Below, one piece after another: positions 12,041 through 24,280 of a stretch of 64,000 nucleotides of DNA. The position numbers and the translations under genes are program-made. Below the pieces are notes generated by a model. It was not told the origin of the DNA. It did no database searches and was given only the letters and a program-made list of their open reading frames with translations. Origin of the DNA: Octopus sinensis (taxonomy: Eukaryota); contig NC_043000.1 in the NCBI RefSeq assembly GCF_006345805.1, positions 5,642,001-5,706,000 on the forward strand, read 5' to 3'. Position 1 is the first letter of the stretch. Each line of letters opens with the position of its first letter.

Positions 12041-13819
12041 TGCTTATGTTTGTATAATTTCTTTAGAAGGTCATAAATTCTGTGTATATAAGATAAGCGT
12101 TATACAACGTTACCAGGTATCTCTCAATTATATTCCCCAAACGAAATACCTGATTTCAACCTGATTCTATACACAACACGATTTCTCAATGAAAGCACTT
12201 CACAGAAAGTTTCCCTGTGGAATCTATCTATAACAAATTCCTAAATAGCATATCGAGAAACAAGAGCTTGTAAATTTATCACATGAAATGAACTTTTTAC
12301 GTTACTATGTAAAATATTTAAGCTCACTTAATCTACGGTTACTCTATTACCATAACATTATTATCCAAATTTTCTAAAATGCCAAACATGTAATATGCTA
12401 CTGTATCGTACGGTAGGAAGTATACGTAACTACTTCATGTGACAGATATCTGTTCGCAAGGTGGATTGTCGCATCACAGATTTCGAGCTTTTTTTACAAA
12501 ATTGATTTTTGTTAGCAGACCATCATTAGCGTTCCCAAAATGATTATCTAAATGATATTATTTCAGATTATATTCAACTGTTTCAGACATTAACATTCGT
12601 GGCCTTGGGCTTAAGCTAGAAATATAGTTTTATATTTTAATGAAAGAAAACACGACTGATATGAAATTAGTATTGCGTTGCTTTTATTATTTGTTTACTT
12701 TTCTGCATGTGTGATATTTTTGTTCATACAGTTCTCAATCGTATGTAAACCACTTCTTTAAAAGCTATGATGAGCTCTACAAATAAATAGTAAATAACGA
12801 TAGATTGCTTCTGTTTGAGGATTAATTAAAACAAACACAAATAAGCTGATTATGTTTTAATAAATAATTATACTGTTGCTAATGACAGCCGAAAATGAAA
12901 TACTTATTTATTGAATACAATAATTACAAAAAAAATAAATATGACATGGCCACCGCCCTTGAGCTGAAACTAGAAAATATGTGTGTGTGTGGTGTGTGTG
13001 TGTGTAAATACAGCCCTGTATAGTCCTATATCAAAGGGAGATAATTCTTATTTCATATACTGTATGTCTTTTTGTGACTAAATCAAGAAGAAAATGGACG
13101 CCATTTTGTGATAACCCTACAGCACGTTTTCACTTCACTAGAACAATCGTTGGTGATAACGAGTGAGAGAGAAGAGAAACCGTAAGAGAGAAAACACTGA
13201 CCGAGAGAGTAATGGCAGAATGATTATAGCACACCCGCATATTGTTTGAAGAAGCAACTCATTCAGTCATTTCGATCGATATGAATTGTCGATCTAATTT
13301 ACATTCGAAATCTAATTCTAATTCATTAAATATCGAAATTCAACTCGCCTAAGTGAATTCATTTCAAAACTTACTGTTTTTTGAAAATGTTGAATTATAT
13401 TGATTCCATAACTTTGGACTTCTGCATGCTTAATCGCATATTTTTACTTGAAATTAGCCTAAAATGGCAATCTAGAATTATGGCTAAAATTAACATTCTT
13501 AATAATTTTCATAATTGTTGATGGATGAATTTCAAAGCCAAAATATTCTGAGAAATCATGCTATTTTGTAGCTGTCTTGATTAGGATCCAGTCACGATCA
13601 TGCAGACGTATGGTCGAAGCTATTTCAGTAGTGACCACCCTGACATTTTTTCTTTCCACGATGTTAAAGTATGGTTTGAAAAAGGTTTAGCTAATATTTC
13701 TAACAGGTCGAATAATGTTATAAAGCAAGGGCGGTGGGTCCTTATTTAACTAAAAGACGAGCTCTAAGTGTATAAGAACATATAGAAGCGAACAAAATAG
13801 AGACGAATAAATAACAATT

Positions 13820-14026
13820 TCAAATTTTGGCACGGGGCCAGCAGTTTTTAAGCGGGGAGAGTTCATTACATCGACCCTAATACTTGACTGGTAGTTATTT
13901 TATCGATTCCGAAAGGATGAAAGGCAAAGTCACAGCAGCAGAATTTGAACCCAGAGTGTAAGGGTGGATGAAATGCTGCTGAGAATTTTGTCCAGCGTAC
14001 TAACGGTTCTGTCAGCTCACCGCCTT
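13820..14026 (-). mobile_element. SINE B variant
   Basis: Core gaaaggatgaaaggcaaagt plus head cagctcaccgcctt. Confidence 0.75.
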
Positions 14027-14214
14027 AGCAGCGAATAAATGATTGCGCCGCAAAGAATTATAAATTTCAAATTTTACAAATTCAGAGATATCCAGCGTAT
14101 ATCTTAGCGATTTGGATGTTAAGGCTTAAATCTTTTGTTACTGTATTTTCTTTTGTTATCATATTTCCCTTGAAATATACTACCTTCGTTCCAATTAATT
14201 TTGAAAATAATGAA

Positions 14215-14377
14215 GGCGCAGGAGTGGCTGTGTGGTAAGTAGCTTGCTTTCGAACCACATGGTTCCAGGTTCAGTCCCACTTCGTGGCACTTTGAGCAAG
14301 TGTCTTCTACTATAGCCTCGGGCCAACAAAAGCCTTGTGAGTGGATTTGGTAGACGGAAACTAAAAGAAGCCCATCG

Positions 14378-14451
<74 letters not shown>

Positions 14452-14685
14452 ATATGTTTATATGTTTGTGTCTCTGTGTTGGTCCCCCTCCCCACCACAA
14501 ACATTGCTTGACAACCGATGCTGGTGTGTTTACGTCCCCGTAACTTAGCGTTTCGGCAAAAGGAGACAGATAGAATAAGTACTTGGCTTACAAAGAATAA
14601 GTCCTGGGGTCGATTTGCTCGACTAAAGGCGGTGCTCCAGCATGGCCACAGTCAAATGACTGAAACAAGTAAAAGAGTAAAAGAG
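14215..14685 (+). mobile_element. SINE A, full length with internal (TA)n
   Basis: ggcgcaggagtggctgtgtgg through aagtaaaagagtaaaagag. Confidence 0.92.
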
Positions 14686-15488
14686 GTTTAGAAATAATAG
14701 GGTTGGTTTAATAATAATTTCCTTATTATTAAGCCAATATTTGGAGCATAAACTTTTTCTACTATAGGTATAAGGTCTGAAATCACATCGACTCCAGTGT
14801 ACAACTAGTATATATTTCAACGCCCCTGAAAGGATAAAAGGCAAAGACGGCTTCGTCGAAATTTGTACTCAAAATGTAAAGACGGACAAAATTTTTTTTA
14901 CGGTAGCTTTAAACAGGAGGTTTATACCGCAGCACTAAGGGTGGTCTTGGGCTTTATATTATCTTACACCAATTTTTTACCCAACTTGGTCTAAAGAGTT
15001 CTGTTACTTTCACTTTGAGCACGTGACTAAACATTTTATCATTTAATATCGTATGCAATTGATCTTCAAATAAGTATTATCTGCAAACATCTTTATAGTG
15101 TGTGTCACTTTGTAAACACAGTTCGGACATAATTGTTTCACATTGATAATTCTCTTACATCCAATAACCTAGAACTTAACTGTAGATTTCTGTACTTATA
15201 ACGTAACTATTTCATCGCTGAATACTCTTTCATTCTATTGTCTTATAATACAGCTGTCATATTTATAGCAAATTTCTATCTTTATCTACATTGCTTATGA
15301 TCAGGGCATAAACGTCACATAAATTCATATAAATATGCGGTGTTGTGTTTATGCAAGAAATCAATATATACTGAACTTGTTAGAATAACTCACGTGCTAG
15401 AGGCATTAATTCACGGTTAACCTATATTTAAATGAAATAATTCTGGAAAATGATTCGCGCACAATTTATGTATGTGTATACATACATA

Positions 15489-15524
<36 letters not shown>

Positions 15525-15569
15525 ACGCACAGACACACACATATGTACATACATGTTTACATATATATA

Positions 15570-15626
<57 letters not shown>

Positions 15627-15629
<3 letters not shown>

Positions 15630-16011
15630 AAGCACGCCGTCGGTTACGACGACGGAGGGGGTTCCGGTTGATCCGAATCAACGGAACAGCCTGCTCGTGA
15701 AATTAACGTGTAAGTGGCTGAGCACTCCACAGACACGTGTACCCTTAACGCAGTTCTCGGGGATATTCAGTGAGACACAGAGAGTGACAAGGCCGGCCCT
15801 TTGAAATACAGGTACAACAGAAACAGGAAGTAAGAGTGAGAGAAAGTTGTGGTGAAAGAGTACAGCAGGGATCACCACCATCCCCTGCCGGAGCTTCGTG
15901 GAGCTTTAGGTGTTTTCGCTCAATAAACACTCACTACGCCCGGTCTGGGAATCGAAACCGCGATCCTATGACCGCGAGTCCGCTGCCCTAACCACTGGGC
16001 CATTGCGCCTC

Positions 16012-16014
<3 letters not shown>
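15627..16014 (-). mobile_element. SINE group C (tRNA head, distinct core, tail ...gtcgtcgtaaccgacggcgtgcttcca)
   Basis: Minus strand gtggaggcgcaatggcccagtgg (A box), gtttcgattccc (B box); second copy at 23116-23484. Confidence 0.88.
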
Positions 16015-16042
<28 letters not shown>

Positions 16043-16109
16043 ACACACACGTGTACACATATTTACATATATATATATATGTGTGTGGTGTGTGTGTGTG
16101 TGTGTGTGT

Positions 16110-16152
<43 letters not shown>

Positions 16153-16553
16153 TGTGTGTATACACCCGTGTACAGAGGCACAGAACACATTTAGTAAGAG
16201 TTACATACATTACACTGGTCAACACATATTTTCTGGCTCCAGGTTTATCGATGGTTTTTGGCTAATTTTAGGACCTTGAATCCAAATTTGGCATCAGATT
16301 TTTTCTACCACATCAAATGTTTGAGATATAAAATCTCTTAGCTTTACTAGATACAACTATTTAATGCTCATAAAGAGAGAATTAAATATGCGTAGATGCA
16401 ATTTTTAATAGACAATATATCATTTAATCTAATAAATCAATATACTAAGTTGTGGGAGTACATGCACAGTAACATGTAAGAATTAAGCTTGGTTATAGCA
16501 AAATACGAATACAAAATCTCTATTCATTGTGGTCATTCCTTCTGATCATCTTA

Positions 16554-17572
16554 TTACTGCGAGAACGTCCTCATTTTTGATAATCTCTTGTACACAGCTT
16601 CTGGAATGTCTCTCATCAAGCTCCAGCAGTAATCTGCCATCATGTCTGAGTTCCATTTGCCTTGGTAACATTTTCCCATTACTTCTACATCTTGATTGGA
16701 GTGTTCATGTTGTTCTTCGCTAACATCGTCCATGTTCTCTGGAAATTCACTTAAGTGACTACGTAAGTAGTGAAATTTAATGCTCATTTTTCATCCAAGT
16801 GTTTGCAAACTCAAGAACAGCTCCTCCACAATCTCTTGATAATTGGCAGCTTTCTTGTTCCCAAGGAAATTCCGCACCACATCAGAGAAGGCATTTCAAG
16901 CTCTAAGCTCCGCCGTATTCAATTTTGTAACAAAATATGAATCCGTGAGGAGTGTTCTTATTCGAGGTCTATCAAATATTCCTACCTTCTTCTTCTTGTT
17001 ACTGAGACTTGGAAAGGTAATACATATATAGTATAGATTTCTTATTCCCTAGTCATTTATATATAAATAAGGGTAAAGACCCCCTTCGGTCAAGAATGGC
17101 CATAGGATTGCACTTAGAAAGTTCCCTTCAGGGGTAACTTTCTAGGTGCAAAAGTTACCTATCCAAGGAAAAGGCCGATGCAGCTTGGCACCAGTGACGT
17201 CGAAACTCATTGCTACAGAGCTGAGTGAACTGGGACAACGTAAAATATGATTATGAATTTTCGTAAAATAAGAATATAGCCGCAGTCAAGTAAAGAAAGG
17301 TAATATATATATCTGAAGCAACCTGCTCTGTGGTCAAGTGTTTTGATGAATTGCTTCATCACACCAAGTTTCAACACAGGTTTTGCAAACTTTGTAGGGA
17401 GCCGATGTTTTCTCCTGGTCTCTAAGTGTTACTTTAAATTAAACAAGATACACCTTCTTGGCAAAGTTATTAAATGTTGTGCCTTTGAGCCTGTGGAGTG
17501 AAGTTTCCACAAACGTAACAGAAGATATTAGGATCATTACAGCACGTCCTTCTTTTTTGATGTTGTATCCAT
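16554..17572 (-). pseudogene. Chapaev3-type transposase remnant (N-terminal Cys-rich region fused to C-terminus)
   Basis: RRTCCNDPNIFCYVCGNFT...APYKVCKTCVE, then KLGVMKQFIKTL..CFRYI, then FPSLSNKKKKVGIFDRPRIR...NFLGNKK...MSIKFHYLRSHL..FPEN...VSEEQ...QGKWN..MMADYCWSL; several stops and a 264-bp insertion. Confidence 0.85.
17031..17294 (-). other. 264-bp insertion into the transposase, mostly an inverted copy of 18201-18409
   Basis: Flanked by gaaaggtaatacatatata (17012-17030) and gaaaggtaatatatatatc (17295-17313); includes the non-SINE flank of the source locus. Confidence 0.85.
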
Positions 17573-17921
17573 AACTAGAGGACAGTGGTTCAGTTCACAC
17601 CTGAAAAGAAGAGGAACTGTTTTAAGGCAAAACTCAGCTTGAATATATTATCCAAAGATTTGCATGACTATCCAACCAAATTCCCACAAATAGTGAGGTG
17701 AAGTTAACTTTTGTTATGCTCCAGGTATATACAGGTATATACCGATGGCACAAAAATGTGATGTGATAGAGCAAATCTGGGGTCAGTTTTGGAATCAGCA
17801 CCCAAAGATTAGTTTTAAACAGCTGTAAGATTTTAGGCTACAAAATAAAAGTTTTACTCTGTTGACCAGTGTTACTATTTAAAAGTTTGATTCGTCCCCA
17901 TTCAAATTAAAGTTTCATAGT

Positions 17922-17964
17922 CTCATCACAGGGACCCACCTCATCACAGGGACCCACCTCATCA
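17922..17964. repeat. 18-bp tandem duplication ctcatcacagggacccac (x2.4)
   Basis: Direct reading. Confidence 0.9.
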
Positions 17965-18042
17965 TGAGACCAACGAGACAGGCTTCTGTGACCAGCCTAC
18001 GAATCAAACTGTTTTTAACAATAATGATTATTATTATTATTA

Positions 18043-18097
<55 letters not shown>

Positions 18098-18136
18098 ATA
18101 ATAATGATATTGTGTGTGTGTGTGTGTGTGTTAATG

Positions 18137-18376
18137 AAAGCACGTGGCTCAGTGGTTAGAGCGTCGAGCTCACAATCGTGCGGTAGTGGTTCGATTCTTT
18201 ATTTTACGTTGCCCCAGTTCACTCAGTTATAGAAATGAGTTGCGACGTCACTATTGCCAAGCTGTATCAGTCTTTTCCGTGGATAGGTAACTTTTGCACC
18301 TAGAAAGTTAGCCCTGAAGGGAATTTTCTAGGTGCAATTATATGCCCATTCTTGACCGAAAGGGGTCTTTACCCTT
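18137..18376 (+). mobile_element. SINE group D, tail type gaccgaaaggggtctttaccc, with internal deletion and hairpin
   Basis: gcacgtggctcagtggttagagcg head; core ttacgttgccccagttcactcag; compare the fuller copy at 24561-24898. Confidence 0.82.
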
Positions 18377-18447
18377 ATTTATATATAAATGACTAGGGAA
18401 TAAGAAATCATGTCATGAACTTCAATAGCTTGCAGCTGTTTCCGCTG

Positions 18448-18521
18448 TAAGATGCAATGCACTCATATATGAAACTATAGGGTGATGCACAAGCACTCAA
18501 CTATGAGTGCATTGCATCTTA
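18448..18521. repeat. Perfect 20-bp inverted repeat with 34-nt spacer
   Basis: taagatgcaatgcactcata / tatgagtgcattgcatctta. Confidence 0.95.
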
Positions 18522-18533
18522 TAACAGAATCAA

Positions 18534-18905
18534 GGCGCAGGCATTGCTGTGTGATATGACGCTTACTTCCCAACCACATGGTTCCGGGTTCAGTCCCACT
18601 GCCTCGCATCATGGGCAAGTGTCTTCTTCCATAGCCTCGAGCCAACAAAAGCATTATGAGCGGATTTGGTAGACGGAAGTTGAAAGAAGCCCGTAGTATG
18701 TGTATGGGGGGTGTCTATATGTGTGTATCCTTGTATGTGTGTGTTTACTTCCCAGTAACTTAGCGGTTCAGTAAAAGAGACATATAGAATAAGTACTAAG
18801 CTTAAGAAAGTCCTGGTGTCGATTTGTTCGACTAAAAAACCCTTTGAGGCGGTGGTCCAGCATGGCCGCAGTCAAATGACTGAAACAAGTAAAAGGATAA
18901 AAGAA
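18534..18905 (+). mobile_element. SINE A
   Basis: Head, CORE-like segment and tail present. Confidence 0.85.
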
Positions 18906-19685
18906 TTCATAATTTCAGATATATATATGTATATGTATAGATATAGATATATATATACACATATATATAGATAGATATATATACAAACATATATATATAT
19001 ATATATACATATATAATACCAACCTTCTTCATGTCTATAAAGATGTTTGCAGTAACCACAAGGATTACACCCCAAACGTTAGGATTCTGCTTCAGAGTCA
19101 GAATAGGTTTAATTCGTAAGCATTACTGACCCTCCACAAGAGACAAAATCATTCCACATTAATGTATGCCTTGTATCAGTCTTGAATATTTCCTCTATCG
19201 TTTACACTCATACAATTTGCGTCATGCAAAAATAATCGTCAACTAGATTGACAGGCTTTCATTCGACAATAATTTACTTAGTAAACATTTCGCTATGTGC
19301 TCTTTCCTTCTCTTCTGGCGCTAATACAATCACCTCTGCTTCTGTTGACACACCAATTGTATACTATGTCTACATAAACCTACAGCAGATATCTGTCTCT
19401 TCTCTTGTCAGCTCTAATGTGTTTTATAATCAGACGGTTTGATGTAGTCTATAATTTTTTGTAGTTAATCTGCGCAAACATCTTATATTGTGCAATTTAT
19501 TTTCCTGACGCACTTTTAACTGTTTACATGACGTTGTTTACATTGGTAATATAAGTATAAACCATCAAATACTATCTATTTAGAATTATATGAAGTAAAC
19601 TTTTGAGGGTTGCGTGAGTTGTCCAAGGACAAAATACAATATTAGTAACAAAGTACGAATGACTACTTCGAGCTTCAGTTATTCA

Positions 19686-20089
19686 TTTCTGTATTGCCCA
19701 CAGGGGGCTAAACATAGAGGGACAAACAAAGGGATTAAGTCGGTTACATCAACCCCAGTGCGTAACTGGTATTTATTTGATCGACCCCGAAAGGATGAAA
19801 GGCAAAGTCGACCTCGACGGAATTTGAACTCAGAACGTAACGGCAGATGAAACACCTATTTCTTTATTACCCACAAGGGGCTAAACACAGAGGGGACAAA
19901 CAAGGACAGACGAACGGATTAAGTCGATTACATCGACCCCAGTGCGTAACTGGTACTTGATTTATCGACCCCGAAAGGATGAAAGTCAAAGTCGACCTCG
20001 ACGGAATTTGAACTCAGAACGTAACGGCAGACGAAACACCGTTAAGCATTTCCCCCGGCGTGCTAACGTTTCTGCCAGCTCGACGCCTT
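19686..20089 (-). mobile_element. SINE B dimer
   Basis: Junction gaaacacctatttctttattacc at ~19850. Confidence 0.88.
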
Positions 20090-20184
20090 GTCGAGCTTCA
20101 ATTATTTATCTTGAATATGATGTCGTCTGCGTCTGCGCAGTTATGACAAATATAATCATATAATGAGCCGAATACCCTAACCAA

Positions 20185-20495
20185 TAAGCACGCGCGTTCA
20201 CGATCGTAAGGTCGTGAGTTCGATTCCCGGCGGCGTGTTGTATCCTTGAGCATGATACTTTATTTCATCTTGCTCCAGTCGACCCAGTTGACAAAAACGA
20301 GTAGTGCCTGTACTTCAAAGGGCCAGCCTTGTCACATTTTATGTCACACTGAAACCCACCCCACTGAGAACTACGTTATGGGTACATACATGTCTTTGTG
20401 GAGTGCTCAGCCGATTGCACGTTAATTTCATGAGTAGGCTGTCCTCTTGATCAGATCAACTGGAACCCTCGTCGTCGTAACCGACGGAGTACCAG
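20185..20495 (+). mobile_element. SINE with D-type core and C-type tail
   Basis: gagttcgattccc, ttgctccagtcgacccag, then ggaaccctcgtcgtcgtaaccgacggagt. Confidence 0.8.
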
Positions 20496-20703
20496 TAGTA
20501 GTAGAATTATTAAATATTATATCATTTTAGGTACTAACTTCTTGTGCGCTCGGTAATATATTTTGTGCGCGCGAACCCAGAGAAATTATAAAACATTGCT
20601 TAAAAATTATTGCAGTGACTCTCAAACTGACAAACTGCCTAAAAAATAAAGAAAATTTTGGCCAACAAATTAATAAGGAGACAAATTAAATTATCCTCCA
20701 CGT

Positions 20704-21413
20704 AGGTATAGAAGTGGCTGTGTGGTAAGTAGCTTGCTTACCAACCACATGGTTTCGGGTTCAGTCCCACTGCGTGGCACCTTGGGCAAGTGTCTTCTAC
20801 AATAGCCTCGGGCCAACCAAGGCCATGTGAGTGGATTTGGTAGACGGAAACTGAAAGCCTGTCGTATATATGTATGTATATGTATATGTATGTATATATA
20901 TATGTATATATATGTATATGTATGTATATGTATGTATATGTATGTATATGTATGTATATGTATGTATATGTATATGTATGTATATGTATATGTATGTATG
21001 TGTATGTATATGTATATGTATGTATATGTATGTATGTATATGTATGTATATGTATGTATATGTATGTATATGTATATGTATGTATATGTATATGTATGTA
21101 TATGTATATGTATGTATATGTATATGTATGTATATGTATGTATATGTATATGTACGTGTATGTATATGTATATGTATGTTTGTATGTATGTATGCGTGTA
21201 TGTATGTGTGTCTGTGTTTGTCCCCCAACATCACTTGACAACCGATGCTGGTGCGTTTACATCCCCGTAACTTAGCGGTTCAGCAAACGGAGACCGATAG
21301 AATAAGTACTAGGCATCCAAAGAATAAGTCCTGGGCTCGATTTGCTCGACTAAAAGCAGGGCTCCAGCATGGCCACAGTCAAATGACTGAAACAAGTAAA
21401 GGAGTAAAAGAGA
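20704..21413 (+). mobile_element. SINE A with ~330 bp expanded internal (TATG/TATATG)n
   Basis: Head 20704-20865, microsatellite ~20865-21205, tail to 21413. Confidence 0.92.
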
Positions 21414-21631
21414 GTATATTTTATGTTATTCCCAATGGTTTAGAATAATTTCAAGATTAAATATAGTTATTTGTCTTCGTAATTTTCAATGCCCAAAGAC
21501 CCAAGTCGCTACTTTCTGCTTGCCCGGCATCATGCTTCTCCCCTAGCATCTCGGGATGTGGTCACCAACACCAGTTACCCTCACTGGTCAGCTGTCATCA
21601 CCTTCGAATCTCTGGACATGAAGTTTACTTA

Positions 21632-22045
21632 CTTTTCTTTTACATTTTTCTTTTTCATTTGACTGCGGCCATGCTGGAGCACCGCCTTTAGTCGAGCAAC
21701 TCGACCCCGGGACTTATTCTTTGTAAGCCCAGTACTTATTCTATCGGTCTCTTTTGCCGAACCGCTAAGTAACGGGGACGTAAACACACCAGCATCGGTT
21801 TTCAAGCAATGCTAGGGGGACAAACACAGACACACAAACACACACACATACACATACATATATATATATATATACATATATACGACGGGCTTCTTTCAGT
21901 TTCCGTCTACCAAATCCACTCACAAAGCTTTGGTCGGCCCGAGGCTATAGTAGAAGACACTTGCCCAAGGTGTCACGCAGTGGGACTGAACCCGGAACCA
22001 TGTGGTTGGTTAGCAAGCTACTTACCACTCAGCCACTCCTGCGCC
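21632..22045 (-). mobile_element. SINE A (tail-to-tail with the 20704 copy)
   Basis: Reverse complement of the group A consensus. Confidence 0.92.
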
Positions 22046-22404
22046 TAACACTTTCTAACACTTATTTGAACGAAATACGAGCATGTCATTACACATGCGC
22101 ACACACACACACATTTAACATGCCTCTGCATAGGCACACGTCATTTGATGGTCGTTGACTTGCCCGAGTTCATTGCTGTTTGACAAGTATTGTTTTGCAC
22201 CATGCGATGCGTCTAAAAACCTCCGTCCTCACGCAAGCAAGCTTGTTGGCGGTTACCCGACTTAATCGCCGACGGTTCATTCAGTCATCTAACAAATTGC
22301 ACTGGATCGCATGTTCTCAGTAGCATTGTGTGTATGTGTGTAGGTGTGCGTGTGTGCGCGCGACTGTACTTGCGTGTATATGTTCGTGTGTGTGTATGTG
22401 TGTA

Positions 22405-22750
22405 TCTTCGTTTATATCTTTTTATTGGTTTCAGTCATTAGACTGCGACCGTGCTAAGACACCAGTTGTCAAGCAGTGGTGAGGGACAAACAGATACAAA
22501 CACGCACACACACACGCACACATACATACATACATACATACACACATACATACATACATACATAGACACGCACACACAAACACACATACACACATATGCA
22601 TGCATACATACATAGACACGCACACACACTCACATACGACAGGATTCTTCGAGGTTCCATCAACCAAATCCATTCACAAGGCTTTGGCCGGCCCGTGGCC
22701 AGGACAGAACCTGAAACCATGTGGTAGGGAAGCAAGCCTTTTACCACACG
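22405..22750 (-). mobile_element. Degenerate, deleted SINE A
   Basis: tttcagtcattagactgcg ... ccatgtggtagg. Confidence 0.7.
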
Positions 22751-23115
22751 AATATATTTTTGTGTGTGTGTGTGTACTCAACTCATAAAGAGTACACATA
22801 TTTTTCAGCGGCTGTAATTTACATAAGTCATTCAAAGGCCGAGAGTTTCATGTGTGTGATACAGAAAACTCCCGGCACTTGAATCCCATCATTGACAACA
22901 CTTAAACACTTTACCTGCCTCATTCATACATCTCTTTATAAGTGAAATTGATTTAGCTGTCACCACCTACTTATTTCTCAATCGTGTTTTAAATCCCCTA
23001 CTTTGAATGTGTTTGAGAGTAACGATATGACATAGCAAACTACGAATAGATATATCCCACTTTAGAGCTGAAAGTTTTTGCTCATAACATTGACTCCTTA
23101 ATTCTGCCGCACTGA

Positions 23116-23484
23116 TGGAAGCACTCCGTCGGTTACGACGACGAGGGTTCCGGTTGATCCGAATCAACGGAACAGCCTGCTCGTGAAATTAACGTGTAAG
23201 TGGCTGAGCACTCCACAGACACTAGTTCTCGGGGATATTCAGCGTGACACAGAGAGTGACAAGGCCGGCCCTTTGAAATACAGGTACAACAGAAACAGGA
23301 AGTAAGAGTGAGAGAAAGTTGTGGTGAAAGAGTACAGCAGGGATCACCACCATCCCCTGCCGGAGCCTCGTGGAGCTTTAGGTGTTTTCGCTCAATAAAC
23401 ACTCACAACGCCCGGTCTGGGAATGGAAACCGCGATCCTATGACCGCGAGTCCGCTGCCCTAACCACTGGGCCATTGCACCTCC
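23116..23484 (-). mobile_element. SINE C with 11-bp target-site duplication
   Basis: tctgccgcact at 23103-23113 and 23485-23495. Confidence 0.9.
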
Positions 23485-23539
23485 TCTGCCGCACTAACTT
23501 GATGCAGAAACAGTGCAATGTCAGTTTTAATATTCATTT

Positions 23540-23662
23540 TTATCAGCTGTCAACGAGAAGTAAAGGGACTTGCTGAACGACACTCACCTCTCACTGACTA
23601 AGAATCAGACGCACAACCTTAAGGTCTGAAAGCTCGCTTACCTCACCACTGCGCCACGCATG
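23540..23662 (-). mobile_element. Old tRNA-like SINE head
   Basis: Minus strand gcgtggcgcagtggtgaggtaagcgagctttcagacc; too degenerate to be a tRNA gene. Confidence 0.45.
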
Positions 23663-24030
23663 TTAATTTAATCAAATATGTTAACATTAACTTTTGTTTG
23701 TTTATGTTTTGGTTCGTTTTTTGCTGATTTTCTTTTCTGTTTTGTTTTTGGGTCTGTTTTTTGTTTTTGTTTTTTGGTGGGTGGGGGTTGTTTTTTGGTG
23801 GGTGGATAATGTCACTGAATTATTCATTCACTGAGTGATTAAAGTTTTCTTTATCAATCAATGAACAATCTCGTACATTTTTTTCTTGGTGATTCTTTCG
23901 CTATTACTTCGGTATTTGTGGTCAAGTCTGATGAGGCCAAAATGAGATCAAGGTTTGTCCGGTGTTAGTAGCCTTGCACTCCGCCGAGACGAAGATAATA
24001 TTCACTAGTAAAGGTTCTTTTTTTCTTTTT

Positions 24031-24235
24031 TTTACTCTTTTACTTGCTTCAGTCATTTGACTGCGACCATGCTGGAGCACCGACTTTAGTCGAGCAATTC
24101 GACCCCACGACTTATTCTTTGTAAGCCCAGTACTTATTCTATTGGTCTCTTTCGCCGAACCGCTAAGTTACAGAACGCAAACACAACATCATCGGTTGTC
24201 AAGCAATGCTGGGGGGGACAAACACAGACACACAA

Positions 24236-24280
<45 letters not shown>

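Larger units (their letters stand above)
16213..17871 (-). mobile_element. Chapaev3-type (CMC) DNA transposon, internally deleted
   Basis: Perfect 12-bp TIRs cactggtcaaca (16213) and tgttgaccagtg (17860-17871), TTA on both sides, subterminal similarity, transposase remnants inside. Confidence 0.88.

Noticed and set aside
13089-13108. aaaatggacgccatttt palindrome as a YY1-type promoter element
   Set aside because: A single short motif with no supporting promoter or first-exon evidence.
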